Of a stretch of DNA of 64,000 bases, positions 11,962 to 22,816 are shown piece after piece. The notes under the pieces are model-generated. The model worked only from the letters and a program-made list of their open reading frames with translations, did not search any database and was not told the origin of the DNA. Within the stretch, counting starts at the first letter, position 1. Each line of letters starts with the position of its first letter. Location: contig CAVSMN010000010.1 of the NCBI GenBank assembly GCA_963729045.1, positions 32,001 through 96,000 on the forward strand. Direction: 5' to 3'. A program made the translations under genes and the position numbers. This DNA comes from an uncultured Nitrososphaeraceae archaeon. Its GTDB lineage: Archaea > Thermoproteota > Nitrososphaeria > Nitrososphaerales > Nitrososphaeraceae.

Positions 11962-12341
11962 TTATAGAGATTCATTGAGCATTAGTCTCAAATCAGAAAA
12001 ACGGACGGGTTTTTGAATTAGTATATCTATTTTTGCCTTTTTAAAATCCTCGTTATTTTTTAAATCCACTATATCAAAAGCAGTCATCAAGAAAATTTTT
12101 ACTTTATTATTCATCTGTCTTATATTTTTTGCAAGATCTATTCCACAGATATCGGGCTTTCTCAAGTCCGTTACTATCAATGAATGTTTATCGGAAGTTT
12201 GCTTAAAATATTCAAAAGCCAAAACCGGGTCGGTGAAAGAGATTACATTGTACCCTTCGTTTCTCAAAAATCTTTGAAAAGAGTTACAAGTTCTAGTTCA
12301 TCATCCACTATAAGGATGGAATGTGGAGATAACTTTGACAA
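11962..12341 (-). CDS. stand-alone response regulator receiver (frameshift near 12267)
   Basis: The upstream frame gives ILIVDDELELVTLF; then VTDLRKPDICG (phospho-Asp), MTAF and QKP. Confidence 0.85.
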
Positions 12342-12739
12342 TAGGTATTGCTTTTATCAAAAATATTTAACTTTATCGAAATTATAGTCTTGCTCATATA
12401 ATTCTTGAATATAAGGGCACATAAATGAAGCTCAAATCCTATTTTAAAGCATTCATGATCATTACTTATATGAATCTCAAAAATATACAAACAATCTCCT
12501 TATCTTTAGTAAATTTCACTCATCAAGTGACTCTATCTTATTATTATAGAATTGTGATCAAGGCATAAATTTACTACAGTAATATAAAAATTAATAAAAG
12601 CCGAATTTTTCCTATTTTAATTCTTTTAACATATTTAATTAAGCTAATTCCCAGACGGCAAATGGATTCTATCAAAAATTTTACTCGATACAACACTTTA
12701 ACAAGATCTTTCAAATCATTTCCTTTAGCCTGATATTCT

Positions 12740-13018
12740 TTGCAAATTTATACCTGTGTATTAACCTATATTGACCAACTATTTTTGATGATAATTCATA
12801 TAATTTTACTAATATTGACTGTATCTTTCTCAACAGATGGCCTTGGCACAATTTATGCCCATCAAAACATTTCTGAAGAAATTTATAAGATGTTCGGTAA
12901 TTTGACACCGGATTATCTTGGATTCAAAAATTTCTCGTATGAACGACCTGGCGGTTTCTCAATAAGTTCCATGCCAAGCATCAATACAAGTAACAATTCA
13001 ATAACTGGTACACAATGA
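12740..13018 (+). CDS. hypothetical, possibly secreted protein
   Basis: Hydrophobic segment followed by IYAHQN and a polar tail; start uncertain. Confidence 0.3.
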   Translation: MQIYTCVLTYIDQLFLMIIHIILLILTVSFSTDGLGTIYAHQNISEEIYKMFGNLTPDYLGFKNFSYERPGGFSISSMPSINTSNNSITGTQ

Positions 13019-13430
13019 TATTGGTCAAAGTTAGATGGACAAAGTTATTTTCTAGTAATTGAACATTTGTCAAAAAATTGTAAAAAAGAGCATCATTGTG
13101 AGAAAGCTAAAATTTTTCTGATATTTTTTAAAATACTAAACGCAGCTGCCTGACCACATAGAGATACTCAAATCTTTGTTTTTAAGGTTTGGAAAGGAGA
13201 GGCATCAAATAAGAAAATGTTTTCACATATCTTTATATTAATAACATTTACGACCAAAGAATAAAAATTAAATCTTAATAAATATTACTTGATGTTTTTC
13301 TAAAATATTATGGTTGATTCGTTCACTAAGAATTCGTAAGTCTGTTTATCATGTTGATATCTCATAAGGATTGTACTTTTATATCTCTGTCCAGATGGAA
13401 ACACAACTAATTATAATGATGTCTTCTAAC

Positions 13431-13494
13431 CAGAGATGAGGAATAGGGAAAAGCTGATGCACCTAACATATGAACATCTTATTCCTCATCTCTG
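13431..13494. repeat. perfect 15-bp inverted repeat (long hairpin)
   Basis: CAGAGATGAGGAATA (13431-13445) and TATTCCTCATCTCTG (13480-13494). Confidence 0.85.
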
Positions 13495-13824
13495 AGTAAT
13501 GTAGTTGTCCCTTCGAGTCTTGTAGAGGTAAATATCTAGGTTTAAGATAGTATTTAATGACAATAATAAAACAGAATACATAGGGAAGAGGCAACAACAA
13601 CACAACCTCGTTAAGTTGGTATATGGACTAATATTTACCTCAATCCCACAATGAAATCCGCTGCTTGTATTCTAATATAAAATGTATACGATAGTTTATA
13701 ACCATAATAAAGTGAGATAGAGAAACTGTAGCCACAGATTGGATTCCATATTCTTACTGTTAAACCATCTGTAGTGATGTGCTAATTTATTAGCTATTTA
13801 AGTAATAAAACATAAGACCAGATA

Positions 13825-14399
13825 ATGATAAGATCAAGTATACTTACTCTCTGTGCTATTGCACTTTTTGCTAGTCTTGTATTCACAGGAATAGTTTATG
13901 CACAAAACCAAACCCAAAACCAGACATCGTCTCAGGCTGCATCACAAAACGAAACTATGGCCACTGTGACTGACAAACCTCAAACGGTAATAGCAAACCA
14001 AACTACTGTTCCGGCTGAGCAAACAACAGTAACAGTTAATCAAACAACTGAACCAATTAAAGATCAATCTCAATTACAACCACTACAAAACCAGACTATA
14101 TCTTCTCAAACTGGAAATCTATCTAATATAGAGAATAAGACAATGGTACAACCAACTGGACCTGCAACCACAGTTATAGCGAATAAGACAACAGTCCCAT
14201 TCAATCAAACTACTATAGGTATGGATAACACAACCAATTCACAAACACCATCAGCAGGACAAGCTCAACAACAACAAGCTCAACAACAAAATCAATCAGG
14301 ACAACTCAACAACAACAAGCTCAACAACAAAATCAATCTAAAGGTCCTATAGAACAAATGGGAGAGTCTTTAAACAAGATGATAGGCGGAGGCAAATAA
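13825..14399 (+). CDS. secreted Q/T/N-rich low-complexity protein (frameshift inside a Gln-rich tandem repeat)
   Basis: Signal peptide ending VYA/QN, many N-x-T sequons; the shifted frame ends KGPIEQMGESLNKMIGGGK*. Confidence 0.8.
14255..14337 (+). repeat. 42/41-bp tandem duplication encoding GQAQQQQAQQQNQS
   Basis: CAGGACAAGCTCAACAACAACAAGCTCAACAACAAAATCAAT followed by a copy lacking one G. Confidence 0.85.
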
Positions 14400-14887
14400 T
14401 CTTATACTTATTTCTTACAATTCGTTAGCATTTATTCAATACCGTTTTTCATTATTTCATCAATTTGTAAACAATTAATTATATTAGTTAAGTTGGCAAT
14501 TTGCACGCACTAGGAGAAGAGCGAAGATGATGTTATACATCAAATTTCATGCTATCGACTATAATGTAGAGATGGAAAATAATCAGAATAACTCAAAAAT
14601 CGACTTGTCCATATAGAATTAGACTAATTGAATATCAAGTAACAGAACAAGGCTTGCTATCTGAAATAGATGCAATAATATTTGATGTTTGGAAAATGTA
14701 TGAATTCATAATAGTCAGACAATTAATTGTTACCCGCGTCAATCAACTACATGGGATGTGTAAATTCAACAGCGATTAACGATGTTTATAGTATTTTCTA
14801 ATTTCTGCATGATATTACCAACAGATACATCATCCCGATAACTGATAGTACATGTATATAAACTATTATTAATAAAGTTTCTTGGAT

Positions 14888-15055
14888 ATGCTTGGAACAC
14901 TTTGGACAATTATTTTGATTATAATAGCAATTATCGTCATAGTACTGTTACTACGGTTTCTTTTTGGAATATTAGTTATAGCTCCTGTAGGGATGGAATT
15001 CGTTAAACCTGGCACAACTACCGATATAGCATGGTCAATAGTTAATGGCATCTAG
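14888..15055 (+). CDS. small membrane protein (55 aa, below the ORF-track cutoff)
   Basis: MLGTLWTIILIIIAIIVIVLLLRFLFGILVIAPVGMEFVKPGTTTDIAWSIVNGI*; AT-rich TATA-like sequence upstream. Confidence 0.6.
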   Translation: MLGTLWTIILIIIAIIVIVLLLRFLFGILVIAPVGMEFVKPGTTTDIAWSIVNGI

Positions 15056-15630
15056 TTAGTTGACGAAATGGCACCTGGGTTAGAACACCTATTGTAGAAT
15101 GTTACTAAGATTAAATGGTTATAACATACCGTATTTTGTATTCTATTTGCCATCATAGTAAATAGTGTTATCGGGTTCATTATCTCGATGATTGTCGATA
15201 AATATTATTAGCATTATATTAGATCTAGAGATGAAATGATTCTTCTTAAAAAATATACAAGCAAATGAAATAGGACCATAGCATTCAGCTCTGTCCTACG
15301 GGAAACCCGTCGACATCAAGTAAATTTCACGGTGTTCTCGATAGGGCATTAAGAAAAAGATATATCAATTAGGAAAAATTTTTCAATGTCTTTCATCACG
15401 CAAGAATTGCGATAACAGAATTGATACATGAGCCTATAATTACAGTAATAATAAAATATCAAATATTGTAAAAGATGTGAATAAGTAGGAATAACAAATC
15501 ATCTTTGTTAATTACCCTCTCGTGGTAATTTGATATATAAAATAAAACCTTTTTTCAAACTAATACAACCTCGGTGATTAAGGGAGTGATTGTATGTCCC
15601 TTCAAGTTTTATTAGAAACTTTTATCTAGA

Positions 15631-15660
15631 GTATTACCCTTTATAGTATTACCCTTTATA
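15631..15660 (+). repeat. perfect 15-bp tandem repeat upstream of a YsnF gene
   Basis: GTATTACCCTTTATA twice. Confidence 0.85.
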
Positions 15661-15708
15661 TTATACTACCTTATTTATCTATTTATAGCATGTTATATTA
15701 AATATTTT

Positions 15709-16392
15709 ATGAGCTCAAATATTGATTGGACGGATGTCATCAAAAAGGAAGCCAGAGGCATTAATGATGCTGATTTTGGTGAGGTTCAAGAACTAACAAC
15801 TGAATTCGTCATAACTCAGAGAGGATTGATTGATGTAGAAGTATTTGGCATACCCAAAGAAAGGGCAGAAAGTTATGATGGAAGCGTATTGCGATTTAAT
15901 GTTTCTGAAGATGAAGCTTTCAGTAAATATCGAGAAGGCGGAGAAGATACCGCTGAAACACTTTCACAAGAAGAAGAGGTTTCAACTATAGACGAGATGG
16001 AAACTCAGTTACAATCCAACCAAGATAATGAAACAGAGGAATCAACTACGGTACCTCTCATGGAGGAAAGAGTAGATATTTCAAAAAGAATCGAGGAAGA
16101 CACTGCTACTATAACCAAAAAACCAATAACAGAAACCAAAACAATAGAAGTACCGATAACTCATGAAGAAATAGCAATTGAAAGAAGGAAACCTTCTGGA
16201 GAGCAAACTTATACCGAACAAAAACCAGTCACCTCTCAAGAAGAGATAGAAATACCAGTAAAGAAAGAAGAAATTGAAGTCAACAAAAGACCATATGTTA
16301 AAGAGGAATTGGTGGTAAAAAAGAAACCAGTAACTGAAACAAAAGAAATTACAGAAGAAGTGACATCTGAAATGATACCTACAGAAGATTAA
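15709..16392 (+). CDS. PRC-barrel-like + YsnF/AvaK (DUF2382) domain protein
   Basis: IDWTDVIKKEARGINDADFGEVQE N-terminal domain; VPLMEERVDISK...VPITHEEIAIERR...IPVKKEEIEVNKRPYVKEELVVKK. Confidence 0.9.
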   Translation: MSSNIDWTDVIKKEARGINDADFGEVQELTTEFVITQRGLIDVEVFGIPKERAESYDGSVLRFNVSEDEAFSKYREGGEDTAETLSQEEEVSTIDEMETQLQSNQDNETEESTTVPLMEERVDISKRIEEDTATITKKPITETKTIEVPITHEEIAIERRKPSGEQTYTEQKPVTSQEEIEIPVKKEEIEVNKRPYVKEELVVKKKPVTETKEITEEVTSEMIPTED

Positions 16393-16665
16393 AAATAATA
16401 CTATTCTTCTTGGTGGTAGAAATTAATTTATCTGGTTCTAATTTTATGAGTATTGAACATAGTTTTTTAACATCCTATATACACTTTAAGTTCCCACACC
16501 AGATAAATTTATTTTTTGTAAACTTTACTAGTTTGTGCAACATATGAAATAAAATTTTAGTTATTATGTATTAAGGCTATCTAGTATTTGAACATAGTAT
16601 CAAAGTATAAGTCAGAATATTATATCGCATAAAAGTCAAAAGTTATGGGGGTATTGTATTTCCGC

Positions 16666-17346
16666 CTATCTTGGAACTTTTACCTTGAACTGGCTTAATC
16701 TATCGTAGGTTGTATTTAGAACTACCTCTTGTCCATTGTAGGATTGAATTTCGTTTTTTGGTATACTAAATTCATCTTTAGCACCATCAGAAGTTATTAT
16801 TACATTTTCATCGTTTACTGCTGTAACAATGCCTACTGCTACAGAATCCCCTGTCCGTGCACCCTTTTTGAGAACAGAGTCCCAGTCTTGTATGCCCGCA
16901 TGAGGCCTGGTATACGATGCATCAGTTCCGACACTATCTATTTGTCTTTTCTCAATGAGAGGAATATACTTTTGAAGATCTCGCGAAGATTCTGATTGAT
17001 CGTATGTTTGTGTGTCGGGTTGTTCTGTTACGGATGCTGACTTGTACCTTGAATACTCACCCATCTGTGGTGGTTCATCTTTTTTGAAATTGTCTTCAGC
17101 TTCTTGTTCGGTTATATTAAACCAAAGAACTTCCCCATCATAACCTGCAACTAATACTTTAGGTAAATAAAATTTGTTTTTATTGAGTCGACCTCTTTCT
17201 GTTACAACAAATTCCTGTCCGATTTCTTGCACCTCACCTAAATCATCTCCTTTCTCATATCCTCTTGCTTCTTTTTTAATAATGTCTTTCCATTCTATGC
17301 TATTATCTTTCCAGTTAAAATTACTTGAATTAGTATTATTGTTCAT
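16666..17346 (-). CDS. protein with two PRC-barrel-like domains
   Basis: WKDIIKKEARG..DDLGEVQE..YLPK..GYDGEVL and WDSVLKKGART..VGIVTAV..IPKNEIQSYNGQEV. Confidence 0.85.
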   Translation of the reverse strand: MNNNTNSSNFNWKDNSIEWKDIIKKEARGYEKGDDLGEVQEIGQEFVVTERGRLNKNKFYLPKVLVAGYDGEVLWFNITEQEAEDNFKKDEPPQMGEYSRYKSASVTEQPDTQTYDQSESSRDLQKYIPLIEKRQIDSVGTDASYTRPHAGIQDWDSVLKKGARTGDSVAVGIVTAVNDENVIITSDGAKDEFSIPKNEIQSYNGQEVVLNTTYDRLSQFKVKVPR

Positions 17347-17772
17347 AATCTAAATTGATTAATAAAGTATTTAACAGCCAGTATTAGAATAATTTAGTTT
17401 ATCTGAAGATTAAACCAAAAGTTACAAATTTATTTTTCTGTTAAAAACAAAAAAAAGAACAACATACTATTAATATGCAACAACGGTTATGAATAAAAAC
17501 TAATATGTTGTCATCGGTTGCATTGCTATCAAAAGTCGTTTGCAATATACCCAGTGCTCATTCTATTACTGTTACGAACACATTCAAACATATCCACATC
17601 CCAGAGAAAAACTTGAGATTCCAAAATAGTCATTGTTGGATTTTTCTGAAAGATTTATTTAGAACAAACGTAGCGAATCAAAGAGAGAAACATTGTCAAA
17701 CTAATACATTAAGAATCAGCATGGTAAGACATTATTGTTAATAATAGTAAAAGTAACAGGTCTAGCTATCCT

Positions 17773-18190
17773 CTAGAATGGAGAATAAGCCTTGATGACA
17801 TCAATAACGCCGCCTAGTAGGCAGCACTTGACAGTAAAATTACCAATACAACCATACAAAATATCGAATTGGAAATCTTTCAATATTTTTACTCCTGTAA
17901 AATAATAATGATTGCTTTCTGATTGATATTTAACATTGACGTTGATTTTTCCACTATATCTTTTTGTATATTTTTGTTTGTTGTCTAGATGGAAAAGGAT
18001 CGCAAATATTATTTTGTACGTTAAGAATCCCGTTATTACCGTCAATGCGGAGTTAAGCACATAATTAGTGAAATACTGAGCAGAAAAGTGTGCAATAATT
18101 ATACTTGACAGAAACCCTATCGTACCCGAAAAAAGTAGATTTTTATTTAAAGATATCGTGTAGTATATTTCTGATAAGACTGTAGGAGGA
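17773..18190 (-). pseudogene. truncated membrane protein
   Basis: The frame extends upstream of the tracked ORF (LNKNLLFSGTIGFLSSIIIAHF..NSALTVITGFLTYKIIFAILFHLDNKQKY) and then degenerates. Confidence 0.45.
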
Positions 18191-18322
18191 ATTCACTTAT
18201 TTTATGCATTATTGCCGTCACAGTAATATGTCTTGAATTGTTTAATATGTTATTTAACCATCAACAATATATTATTTCTAGGTATTAATGCAATAAATAA
18301 GAACAATTAATACTTAAATTTA

Positions 18323-18613
18323 TTATTGATTCTTTTGTTCGTTTGAAAACTCTTTCGCGGTATCTACAACAGTATCTTTAACTTCTAAAGCTTTTTGTTT
18401 AGCCTGGTCCAATATTCCATGTTTCTCATTACCGTAATTTTTAAGATCATTTTGCTTCTTTTGTACCTCATATTGTATGTATTTCATATCTTTGGAGTTA
18501 ACGAAAACCGGATATCTCTCAAATGTCGCTACCTCATTATTTTCTAGCCTGATCTCAATCTTACCTATTCCCTTTTTTATTTGGTCGGTATTTTCTTCTT
18601 TAATTTTGATCAA
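18323..18613 (-). CDS. hydrophilic protein with a LEA-like C-terminus
   Basis: GILDQAKQKALEVKDTVVDTAKE resembles the 4075 and 8767 proteins. Confidence 0.55.
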   Translation of the reverse strand: MIKIKEENTDQIKKGIGKIEIRLENNEVATFERYPVFVNSKDMKYIQYEVQKKQNDLKNYGNEKHGILDQAKQKALEVKDTVVDTAKEFSNEQKNQ

Positions 18614-19020
18614 TAATTTAGGTGTATATCACAGTTAATAAATATGATAAAAACAAGATGCGATATATAAAAGATGGACGGTATAATTTTTTGGGAAATA
18701 ATATAAATTCTTATCCATACAGATTGAGCATCACGATGTGTTGATAAATATGGATTCGATACTATTATGCTGGAGAATATTGAAATACCCTTTGTCATAA
18801 ACTAACTTTAAATTCTCATCAAAAATTAATACAGGGTATTTAATATGATACTTCACCTACTAACCACTAAATATGGTAATTAGTAAATACACTATCTTAC
18901 TTTTATTTAGGATTAAACAAGTGTTGCTTTAGTGTATTTAAGAAAAACAAGTACAAAAATCAACAGATAATACTCAGAGGTATGGTATACCATTATAAAT
19001 ATTAATAATATAAAGTACCT

Positions 19021-19770
19021 ATGAATAACGAGTCTATAGTCCCGCATGACAATAAAATTACACCTGTTAATGATAGTCCTCCTTCCATAGACACTAAATC
19101 CCAGCAGGAGGAACTAATTGTAGAAAAGATTCCAATCTATGAAGAAGAATTTGATATTTCTAAAGAGACTACAAAGACACAATTGTATTTAGAAAAAAGA
19201 TGGATAAAATCAACAAAAAAGATTGAAGTCCCCATCAATTATGAGGAGATGTTTATCAATGGAAAAGAATTTGACTCCTACAGCCACAATGAATTAGTCG
19301 AGATTTTTTCAAAGGTAAAGGAAAAAATTTCAGAAGTGTTTCATCCTAGCCAAACTGAAGGAGATGAAGAACTACCCGATAAGATAGTGAATAGAGATGA
19401 TCGCCATTATCCAAATGATCTGGACATAAAGATACACGAAAACGAGGAAACAATAAAAGCAAAAATGAGCCAGACCGATTATGAATCTAGTCAGAGTGAA
19501 AAAAGGCCACCACTACCCAATTCTGAAGCTAGTGTAAATAATAATCAGATTCAAGTTTCTGATAATAACAATAACAATAATGACTCTGAAGAAGAACAGG
19601 TTATTCCTATTTGGGGAGAACAAATAATAATAGATAAAAAAATGGTAAAGCTCGGCGAAATAGTTATTAAAAAATCTCGAATATCCGAAAAGCGCAAGGT
19701 AGGTGTAGAAGTCAGAAAGGAAAAAATTACTGTCAAATATCCTGATGGCAAGAATCAAGAAATTACCTAA
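19021..19770 (+). CDS. YsnF/AvaK (DUF2382) domain protein with an acidic insertion
   Basis: IPIYEEEFDISK...EVPINYEE and VIPIWGEQIIIDKKMVKLGEIVIKK..EVRKEKITV. Confidence 0.85.
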   Translation: MNNESIVPHDNKITPVNDSPPSIDTKSQQEELIVEKIPIYEEEFDISKETTKTQLYLEKRWIKSTKKIEVPINYEEMFINGKEFDSYSHNELVEIFSKVKEKISEVFHPSQTEGDEELPDKIVNRDDRHYPNDLDIKIHENEETIKAKMSQTDYESSQSEKRPPLPNSEASVNNNQIQVSDNNNNNNDSEEEQVIPIWGEQIIIDKKMVKLGEIVIKKSRISEKRKVGVEVRKEKITVKYPDGKNQEIT

Positions 19771-19812
19771 TATTTAGAACATGAATATATAATATGTTAT
19801 ATAGAAAAATTT

Positions 19813-20590
19813 GTGACTACTAAGGATGAATTATTAAAATCTAAGAATATTAATCTCGACGACATCATAAAGAAAGAAGTCATAGGAATTGATGGGCTAG
19901 ATTTAGGAAAAGTAATAGAGATAGGGGAGACGTACGTTGTCACCCAAAGAGGTTTAATAGATAAGAAAAAATATCATCTCCCAATTTCATCGATAGAAAG
20001 TTTTGACGGAGAATTTTTGAATTTGAAGATTAATGAGACTGATTTAAAAAGTTATGAACAAACAGAGGATAATTTATTCGAAGGATATTCTTCTTTTAAA
20101 TCTTCAGACATGTCACATGAAGTACAGACAACTATTCCATTAATAGACGAGAAATTAGAAGTAACTAAAAAGACTATCGAAGAAAACATGCAAATAATAA
20201 AAGAACCCATAAAGGAAACGAAAATTGTAGAGATCGAGCTAATACACGATAAAGTTACAATAACGAAAAGACCATTCAAAGAAAATAATATTGCAAAGAA
20301 AATCGAATCCCACAGTCATAAATTAGAAAGTAATTCTTCAGATAGCCAGATAGACAAAAGAAGAAGAAGAAGAGGATATGAGGAACTATGATGACACTAC
20401 TGAAATAATTATGACACTTGAAAGAGAAGAACCCATTATAGTTAAAAGATCCCATGTCAAGGAAGAAGTGATAGTAAAGAAAGAAACTTTATTTGAAACA
20501 AAGACAATAACAGAAGAACTAATTCATGAACATATGAAATCTAGTGATATCGAACCTACAAGAGTAAAAGATAGGAATACATCAAATTAG
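19813..20590 (+). CDS. PRC-barrel-like + YsnF (DUF2382) protein (frameshift at AAAA before a GAA run, about 20357)
   Basis: LDDIIKKEVIG..DLGKV..YHLP..FDG; IPLIDEKLEVTKK; the second frame gives LEREEPIIVKRSHVKEEVIVKK. Confidence 0.85.
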
Positions 20591-21214
20591 CCAACAACAG
20601 GATGCTACTGCATTTAAATCGTAGTTTGATAAGTCTAATGATAGAATATAGGCATTGTAGTCCGATATATTTTAGAACCTCTTCACATGGTAGAATTAAT
20701 CCGTATTTATTAAATCGGTCGTTATTTCATACTGCAAAGATATTATGGTTTTTCTTACATTATTGCATATTTCATTGATATAATATTATAGTCATCTTCA
20801 ATTTCCTTATTTCTCAAATACTATTTTGGTCATCATTTTAAAATAGTTTTTTGTCTATTTGCTCCATGTACTTTTCTTGTTTGTTAGAAGTATTGTCATT
20901 ATCCATATTAATTTAAAATCACAATAACTTTAATTATTCGCACAGCGTCGGATTTCATATGCATTGGGCATAGTATTCAAGCTGAATCTGCAAAATTCTT
21001 GATAAATGAGAATAGACTAAAATGAGATTTAAGGTCATCTAATGAAATAAAATCTAATATTTTAAACTTAAAAAAAGTCAAGACAAATAATTGTCCATAA
21101 TTGTCAAAAAAATAAATTTCAAAGTATCTAGATGGTTGTAAAATACAAGAATATAGATACGTGAAATTAGAATTTTATCAACCATATATAATTTGTTAAA
21201 TAAATACATTCAAT

Positions 21215-21973
21215 ATGTCATCTGAAAATGACAATGAAATTAATTGGAATGAAGTTGTAGGAAAAGAAGCACTCGGAGAGAATGGCTTAGACTTTGGTAC
21301 GATTAAAGATATATCGGATGACTATATCGTTACCGAAGTAGGTATGCTTAAAAAGAAAATATACCACCTACCAAAGAGTTCTGCAAAATACTTTAACGGA
21401 GTTTTCCTAAACTTCTCGCTAAATGAATCAGACCTTTCAACTTATGAACAAAAGATTGGAGAAGGTGCCTTTAATGAAGATTCTTTTTCCGGATTACAGG
21501 ATATGCCAGCAAAAAAAGAAATGTTAATTCCTTTGATCAGTGAAGATCTAAAAGTAACCAAGACAATTATTGAAGATAATATAAGAATTGTAAAAGAACC
21601 CATAAAGGAAACGAAAACTGTGAAAATTGAGTTGATGCATGAAAAAGTAACAATTGAAAGAAGAGATGTCAGCATGAATGACGATAGGCTTGACAAAGGA
21701 ACAAATATTAATTTAAATAATAGTAAGACCTCTAATCAAGGACCTAACCAGGAATCGGATAGCGAAGGTTCAATGTATTCAAAGACTGAATTTTTGATTC
21801 CAATCAAAAAAGAGGAACCATTAATTACAAAAAAATCATTTGTTAGAGAGGAATTAGTAATAAACAAAAAACCAATAACTGAAACTAAAACAATAGCAGA
21901 AGAAATAACTAAAGAAGAAGTTAAGTACGACAATCAAGTGATAGAAAAAACTAAAGATGGAATACCTCTATAG
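21215..21973 (+). CDS. PRC-barrel-like + YsnF (DUF2382) protein
   Basis: INWNEVVGKEALG..DFGTI..YHLPK..FNG; IPLISEDLKVTK..HEKVTIERR..IPIKKEEP..VREELVINKK. Confidence 0.9.
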   Translation: MSSENDNEINWNEVVGKEALGENGLDFGTIKDISDDYIVTEVGMLKKKIYHLPKSSAKYFNGVFLNFSLNESDLSTYEQKIGEGAFNEDSFSGLQDMPAKKEMLIPLISEDLKVTKTIIEDNIRIVKEPIKETKTVKIELMHEKVTIERRDVSMNDDRLDKGTNINLNNSKTSNQGPNQESDSEGSMYSKTEFLIPIKKEEPLITKKSFVREELVINKKPITETKTIAEEITKEEVKYDNQVIEKTKDGIPL

Positions 21974-22313
21974 CATAAATATTATTTTGTTTTGTTAATT
22001 AGAATCATTTCTTATACACAACATTGATTATCAAGTATTTGAATTGTCTCTATTACTATAGCCAAAGGACCTTTAGAGGATCTTTTTTAATTGATGAGGT
22101 TTGACATAAATCTCTAAAAATGTGAGAAATTTCGATATTATTTGGTATCGAAATGGCTTGTTCTCTTATATCAATGATTCCCTTAAGATTTTATTACTAA
22201 ATTCGAGTCTCTCATCATAGATAATATAATGAATCTGACTGTGCTCTTGTCTTGTGAAAAAATAATAAACTATGTATTGATTATTTATGCTATGTTATAC
22301 ATATCATTTTACA

Positions 22314-22535
22314 ATGTCTGAAAATCAGGACAATGAAAAGACCGAAAATCGTGGGGAAAAACTTCTTGACGTTACCAATGAGTATAATGAAAATGAAAGA
22401 CCTCAAGATGAATCTGAGAGCGTTTTAGACGAAGCGGTAGATAAAGTAAAAGCAGGAACGAAAGCAGTCATCAACAAGGTTAAGGATTCTGAAAAAGACC
22501 TTGGTGCTGAATATAACAAAGAAAAGACAATTTAG
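22314..22535 (+). CDS. small acidic LEA/CsbD-like hydrophilin
   Basis: DEAVDKVKAGTKAVINKVKDSEKDLGAEYNKEK; paralogue of 52817..53023; ATG22314 preferred as the start. Confidence 0.75.
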   Translation: MSENQDNEKTENRGEKLLDVTNEYNENERPQDESESVLDEAVDKVKAGTKAVINKVKDSEKDLGAEYNKEKTI

Positions 22536-22816
22536 ACCCACATATAGGAAACAATATAGATAAGGTCAGGATTTGCCAAAGATATCCTCTTTTCTTTTGA
22601 AAGTAATTGTTACTATATTAATAAAATATAACAAAAAAAATAATCAAACCGCATAAAGATTTTTCAAAGGCACAAAGTCATTTAAATAAAAATAGACTTT
22701 ACGTCGAGACTCAGATGTATGATATTCAGTCGTGACCTAATTAACTACCTTATGTATTGAGTTATAATATAACACAATAAGGAAGAGAGTTGTTTGCATA
22801 TCAGGTAGTCATAGGT

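Noticed and set aside
13390..13470. GCTGATGCACCTA resembling the 3' end of a fluoride riboswitch
   Set aside because: The 5' GGxGATGG..TTCxCC stem is missing and no fluoride-related gene follows
14255..14337. Repeats as a possible CRISPR array
   Set aside because: Coding Gln-rich tandem duplication with no spacers; no CRISPR array or cas gene was seen in the window
15293..15315. Small hairpin TGTCCTACGGGAAACCCGTCGACA
   Set aside because: Short, with no recognisable RNA family context
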